Origin: an uncultured virus (IMG/VR IMGVR_UViG_3300020185_000037)
Taxonomy: Duplodnaviria; Heunggongvirae; Uroviricota; Caudoviricetes
Direction: 5' to 3' (one strand)
Virus record (IMG/VR): IMGVR_UViG_3300020185_000037
Coordinates: 1 to 64,000 of that record
Length of the DNA stretch: 64,000 nt
Below, in pieces: positions 59,862-64,000 of the stretch; the first letter of the stretch is position 1; every line of letters begins with the position of its first letter. The position numbers and the translations under genes are program-made. A model generated the notes under the pieces. It was not told where the DNA came from and did not search any database. It was given only the letters and a program-made list of their open reading frames with translations.

Positions 59862-61852
59862 TCAGAACCTTTCTTATATGTGATAGTATATGTGTTTCCA
59901 CTAAGAATTTTACCATCTAAAATACCATCTGCTACAATATCTTCAACGTACTTCTGTACTGCCCTTTTAAGAGGACGTGCACCGTATGCTGGGTCATATC
60001 CCTCAGTCATTAGAAACTCCTTGGCAACCTTAGTGAATTTAAGTTCAATATCTTGCTCAAGCATTCTTTCGTTAACTTGGTCTAATTCGATATCTACAAT
60101 CTTAATCATATCTTCACTTGAAAGTTGATTAAACAAAACAGTTTCGTCAAGTCTATTTAAAAACTCAGGTGTAAACTTATTCTTAAGTTCTTTATCAATG
60201 ATTGATTCAATTTTTGCGGTATCAGATGCAATAGATGATTTACTTGAGAATCCAATACCTGAACCAAACTCAGCAGCTTTCTTAGCACCTACGTTTGATG
60301 TCATTACAATAATAGTATTTGTGAAATCTACAACTCTACCTAAAGAATCCGTTAAGCGACCATCATCAAGTACCTGTAGAAGTATATTAAACGTGTCTGG
60401 GTGAGCTTTCTCAATTTCATCAAACAGGACTACAGAATAAGGCTTGCGTCTCACAGCCTCAGTTAATTGGCCACCATCTTCAAACCCAACATATCCCGGA
60501 GGCGCACCGGTTAAGCGTGCGACATTGTGTTTTTCTTGGTATTCAGACATATCAATTCTAATCATGCTATCTTCAGTACCAAACATATAGCGTGTAAGTG
60601 CTTTAACCGTTTCAGTTTTACCAACACCGGTTGGACCTAAGAACATAAACGAACCAATTGGTTTCTTATAAGATGATACACCAGCACGTGAGCGCTTAAT
60701 AACATTTGATAATACTTCAACAGCTTGGTCTTGTCCAATGATTTGCTTTTTAAGTTCAATACCTAATTGCTTAATCATTTTATGCTCATCGCCTGAAAGG
60801 CGTGAAAGTGGAATTCCAGTTTGTTGTGATAGTGTTTCTGCAATAATATCAAATGTAACTTTTTTGCGATTCTCATTAAGCGACTTTTCCCAAGCTAGAA
60901 TAGCACTATCAAGTTCTTTACGCTTTGTCATTTCTTTGTCACGAAATGTTGCTGCTTTTTCGTAGTCCTGTTCTTTAACACTGTTAAGTTTCTTTTCTTT
61001 TAGTTCTTCTGCAGCAATTTCAATCTTCTTAATAGAATTAGGGACCTTAACTTCTTCTAAGTGTAATTTAGCGCCAGCTTCATCCATTAGGTCAATGGCC
61101 TTGTCCGGTAATTCACGTGAAGTAATATAACGGTCAGTTAGCTTAGCGCATGCTTCAATGGCATCCTCAGTGTACTCAACCGCATGGTGGTCTTCATACT
61201 TGTCTTTAATGCGTTTTAGAATTTCAACAGTGTCTTCAACAGAAGGTGATTCAATGAATACTTCTTGGAAGCGGCGTGTAAGTGCACCATCATCTTCAAT
61301 ATTCTCACGGTACTCATCAAGAGTAGTTGCGCCAATACATTGTACTTGACCACGTGCTAAAGCCGGCTTGAGAATGTTTGAAGCATCTAGTGAACCTGAA
61401 ACACCGCCCGCACCAACGATTGTGTGAATTTCATCGATGAAACAAATAATGTTAGGATTAGCCTTAAGTTCATCAACGATGTTTTTCATGCGCTCTTCAA
61501 ACTCACCACGGTATTTAGTACCCGCAACAATGATTGTCATATTAAGAGATACAAGGCGCTTACCAATAAGGGTGCGTGCAACTTTACCTTCAATAATACG
61601 TTGAGCTATAGCTTCTACAATAGCGGTTTTACCAACACCGGGTTCACCTAAGATGATTGGGTTGTTTTTTTTGCGACGTGCAAGAATTTGACAAATGCGA
61701 AGAATTTCAGCGTCACGTCCAATGATGCGGTCTAATTTACCGTTCTTTGCAAGTTCCGTTAAGTCTTCACCAAACTGATCAATAAATGGAGTCTTACCTA
61801 ATTTTTTAATTGGTTTTTTACCACTATTATTATCGTAAGGATCTGGATTCAT
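59843..61852 (-). CDS. clpC: ClpC-type AAA+ unfoldase lacking the N-terminal Clp-repeat domain
   Basis: GEPGVGKT and GPTGVGKT Walker A motifs, DEIH/DEIEKAH, UVR middle domain QDYEKAA, IGF loop, YGARPL. Confidence 0.92.
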   Translation of the reverse strand: MNPDPYDNNSGKKPIKKLGKTPFIDQFGEDLTELAKNGKLDRIIGRDAEILRICQILARRKKNNPIILGEPGVGKTAIVEAIAQRIIEGKVARTLIGKRLVSLNMTIIVAGTKYRGEFEERMKNIVDELKANPNIICFIDEIHTIVGAGGVSGSLDASNILKPALARGQVQCIGATTLDEYRENIEDDGALTRRFQEVFIESPSVEDTVEILKRIKDKYEDHHAVEYTEDAIEACAKLTDRYITSRELPDKAIDLMDEAGAKLHLEEVKVPNSIKKIEIAAEELKEKKLNSVKEQDYEKAATFRDKEMTKRKELDSAILAWEKSLNENRKKVTFDIIAETLSQQTGIPLSRLSGDEHKMIKQLGIELKKQIIGQDQAVEVLSNVIKRSRAGVSSYKKPIGSFMFLGPTGVGKTETVKALTRYMFGTEDSMIRIDMSEYQEKHNVARLTGAPPGYVGFEDGGQLTEAVRRKPYSVVLFDEIEKAHPDTFNILLQVLDDGRLTDSLGRVVDFTNTIIVMTSNVGAKKAAEFGSGIGFSSKSSIASDTAKIESIIDKELKNKFTPEFLNRLDETVLFNQLSSEDMIKIVDIELDQVNERMLEQDIELKFTKVAKEFLMTEGYDPAYGARPLKRAVQKYVEDIVADGILDGKILSGNTYTITYKKGSDKLFVK

Positions 61853-61875
61853 ATATGTGCTTAATTTATTTTATT

Positions 61876-61903
61876 ATTATATGGCAAAAGCCGATTATGT
61901 TTA
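61876..61903 (-). promoter_or_regulatory. Class-2 promoter variant
   Basis: TAAAC-N17-TATAAT. Confidence 0.55.
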
Positions 61904-61904
61904 T

Positions 61905-62363
61905 TTATTTAACTATATTATCAGCAGCGCAAATAGCTGGTAATAATTCAGGTTTGATATTAGCCTTGATACCTAATGACTCAACATAACCACGAGCTGC
62001 TGAAACCAACTTATGTGATTTCATATTAGGGTCTGAGTTAAGGTCTAAATCTATATTGTCTACAATTATATTGTATTCTTGTAGGTATAGTGCGACTTCA
62101 ACTGAACGTTCAACTTCTCTCCATAGCCTGGTCCAGAAGTCATTTATTCTAGGTGATATACGTTCACGTTGATAGAGTACATGACAACCCGTGTTGCCAA
62201 TATGTATAACTACCGTAGTTGCGTAACTTGTCCATGACTTTTTATTTTGGCTATCACAACCAATATAAAGTCTAACATTTTCAGCACCCACTTCGTCTAT
62301 ATATTTTTTTAAATATTCGCCGAGATTTATTTGCACTGAATCTGTAAGCCTCCTAAATTTCAT
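61905..62363 (-). CDS. RNase H-like YkuK (DUF458) family protein
   Basis: IGCDSQ, RL..E...S, KP.....AAD. Confidence 0.75.
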   Translation of the reverse strand: MKFRRLTDSVQINLGEYLKKYIDEVGAENVRLYIGCDSQNKKSWTSYATTVVIHIGNTGCHVLYQRERISPRINDFWTRLWREVERSVEVALYLQEYNIIVDNIDLDLNSDPNMKSHKLVSAARGYVESLGIKANIKPELLPAICAADNIVK

Positions 62364-62366
62364 AGA

Positions 62367-63035
62367 TTAAAAGTTTACGCTACTTTCCGGATTGAATTTA
62401 TCATGATATTCATTAATCTTTTCAGCAGCTTCTTCAGCAGAATCCACGATTCTGAATAAATCAAAGTCTTTCAGGCTCATTCTACCAGATGCATTAACCA
62501 TATTCATTAACCAATCCATAAGACCTTCCCAATATTTCTTACCTACAAGTACAATTGGTTGCGTTTGTATATGACTGCATTGAATTAATGTAAGTGCTTC
62601 AAATAGTTCATCGAGTGTACCGAGCCCGCCTGGAAAAACTACATATCCTTGAGAATATTTCATGAACATGACTTTACGTGTAAAGAAGTATCTATTCTCC
62701 ACACCTACATTAATATAAGGATTCATCTCAGCCTCAAATGGTAGTTCAATACCCACGCCAACCGAAACACCACCAGCTTCTTGGCAGCCTTGATTAACAG
62801 CCTCCATAATTCCTGGACCACCACCTGAGATAACACCAATATTTGATTCTGCCATTAGGCCACCAAATTTACGTGCCTCTTTGTACCATTTATCTTTTTT
62901 TGAAGTTCTTGCTGAACCGAATACAGATACGCATGGTCCTAATTTATTAAAGGTATCAAAGCCTTTTGTAAATTCAGCTTGGATACGCATGATTTGCCAT
63001 GCATCCGTTGCTTTATCGGGCTTATTGAATTTCAT
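62367..63035 (-). CDS. LOG family (TIGR00730-like) nucleotide phosphoribohydrolase
   Basis: VFGSAR, GGGPGIMEA, RKVMF, PGGLGTLDE. Confidence 0.92.
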   Translation of the reverse strand: MKFNKPDKATDAWQIMRIQAEFTKGFDTFNKLGPCVSVFGSARTSKKDKWYKEARKFGGLMAESNIGVISGGGPGIMEAVNQGCQEAGGVSVGVGIELPFEAEMNPYINVGVENRYFFTRKVMFMKYSQGYVVFPGGLGTLDELFEALTLIQCSHIQTQPIVLVGKKYWEGLMDWLMNMVNASGRMSLKDFDLFRIVDSAEEAAEKINEYHDKFNPESSVNF

Positions 63036-63059
63036 AGTATAATATTTTTAATTACTAAT

Positions 63060-63088
63060 GTTATACGGTGAAATGTTATTTTTGTTTA
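63060..63088 (-). promoter_or_regulatory. Class-2 promoter variant upstream of LOG
   Basis: TAAAC-N18-TATAAC. Confidence 0.5.
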
Positions 63089-63089
63089 T

Positions 63090-63183
63090 AAAAAAGAAAA
63101 CCCCAACGGGTTTGGCGTTAGGGTTTTTACTTGAACAAATATTTGAACATATATTTCTTACCGAAGTGGAAACAAATTCGTTA
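63090..63183 (-). ncRNA. Candidate ~95-nt small RNA (or 7-codon minigene transcript)
   Basis: GATATATA at 63187-63194, then a cUUCGg-capped hairpin, then a strong terminator at 63090-63128. Confidence 0.45.
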
Positions 63184-63253
63184 TGTTATATATCTTGTAA
63201 TATTTTAAAGTTTATTATAATATTGCGTTATGCCTCTATTGGTACTCATTTAA

Positions 63254-63655
63254 TTAACCTAAATGTGAATCAGGTGAAATACCAGAGTTTTTAAACAAAG
63301 CTATACTAAATACAATCAACACTAAAATATTAATAGGTATTGAAATTATAAGTTCCATGTCGTTTGTAAAACCTTGTATAATACTAAGTATCAAATATAC
63401 AATATAAAAATGTAGGTCGTTATTATCAGTGAATAATGCCCTAGCTCTTTTTCTTAATGTTGAAAATTGTAATACAATACCAACACATGCTATAAGCACG
63501 CCCAACATTGTAAGTCCCATAATTCCAGAGACAACACCATATCCGATTAAAAATCCACCCGGCCATTGTAGGATTATTGAAGAAACCCATCTGATGAGAA
63601 AATCAATACCGCTAATAGTACCTGAGAAGTTAAATAGTTTTTTTAAAAATTCCAT
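63254..63655 (-). CDS. Multi-pass membrane protein (DUF805-like)
   Basis: FNFSG N-terminus; about four hydrophobic helices. Confidence 0.55.
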   Translation of the reverse strand: MEFLKKLFNFSGTISGIDFLIRWVSSIILQWPGGFLIGYGVVSGIMGLTMLGVLIACVGIVLQFSTLRKRARALFTDNNDLHFYIVYLILSIIQGFTNDMELIISIPINILVLIVFSIALFKNSGISPDSHLG

Positions 63656-63675
63656 AATTTTATTTTTTATCTTTT

Positions 63676-63999
63676 TTATCTTTTTCCACCGAAGTATGCT
63701 ACAGCCAATCCTTCTGTTATTAATAGTTCATTTAAACTAAGGAATACTGGTCGCGATTCTGAAGAGTCATCCCACGGTTTGATATCTTGATACCCTGCGT
63801 AAATAACACCCAAAGATCTACCATACTTATCTAGCCCCATTGATTTTAATATAAATTTATTATCATTAGCCTGTAATAATTCAATAAGACGGTCTTTAGC
63901 TTTTAACCCAGCTTCTTTTTCTTCAAGATCACGTGTTCTAGTTTCAGGTGTATTAATTCCATGTAATCTAATATTACAACGCTTCCACATATCAAAGCC
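63676..63999 (-). CDS. Thermonuclease (SNase-like), 5' end outside the window
   Basis: GFD..IRLHGINTPE, DKYGR.LG, L..EGLA..Y.GG. Confidence 0.85.
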   Translation of the reverse strand, partial: GFDMWKRCNIRLHGINTPETRTRDLEEKEAGLKAKDRLIELLQANDNKFILKSMGLDKYGRSLGVIYAGYQDIKPWDDSSESRPVFLSLNELLITEGLAVAYFGGKR

Positions 64000-64000
64000 A

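Noticed and set aside
63036..63253. tRNA in this or other intergenic gaps
   Set aside because: No cloverleaf or T-loop in a proper context could be built; the gaps are short and AT-rich
685..63740. All plus-strand ORFs in the track (e.g. 6979-7428, 37516-38028, 47268-47726, 50636-51088)
   Set aside because: They are antisense shadows of long minus-strand genes, Ser/Leu/Phe-rich, with no recognisable motifs or expression signals
1000..63999. Genome-wide stop-codon reassignment
   Set aside because: Genes are long and tightly packed in the standard code, and TAG and TGA both end genes at sensible boundaries (e.g. 16591, 35593, 9677, 40161)

Overview
A 64-kb segment of an AT-rich, T4-like (myovirus) large or jumbo phage genome. 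Essentially all genes are on the minus strand and use the standard code. The host is probably Bacteroidota/Flavobacteriia, judged from the N-termini of ribosomal S1, ClpP, ClpC and LOG and the apparent lack of Shine-Dalgarno sites. In coordinate order the window holds: (1) a cluster of proteins with a T4 capsid-targeting-like N-terminus, including ligase-like and nucleotidyltransferase cargo; (2) a replication/recombination block (UvsW, UvsY, primase, gp32, RuvC-like); (3) about 31 kb of tail/baseplate/neck genes with a spanin-like lipoprotein, an amidoligase and a ribosomal protein S1 homologue embedded; (4) a second capsid-targeted cluster (GNAT, HExxH, DUF5824-like); (5) early small genes behind repeated promoters, plus UvsE and a nucleotidase; (6) Dam, a dCMP hydroxymethylase-like gene, ClpP/UVR protein/ClpC, YkuK, LOG and a thermonuclease. 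The most striking pattern is about 14 proteins sharing an MKxxxx(F/Y)ExFxxE leader. Several are strings of small modules separated by prohead-protease-like (I/L/V)xE|(A/S/G) linkers, and one module has been duplicated exactly linker-to-linker. This suggests a packaged, protease-processed, injected polyprotein cargo system. Three promoter classes, a probable sRNA and a possible stop-codon readthrough are also visible. All family assignments come from motif recognition, not database searches.
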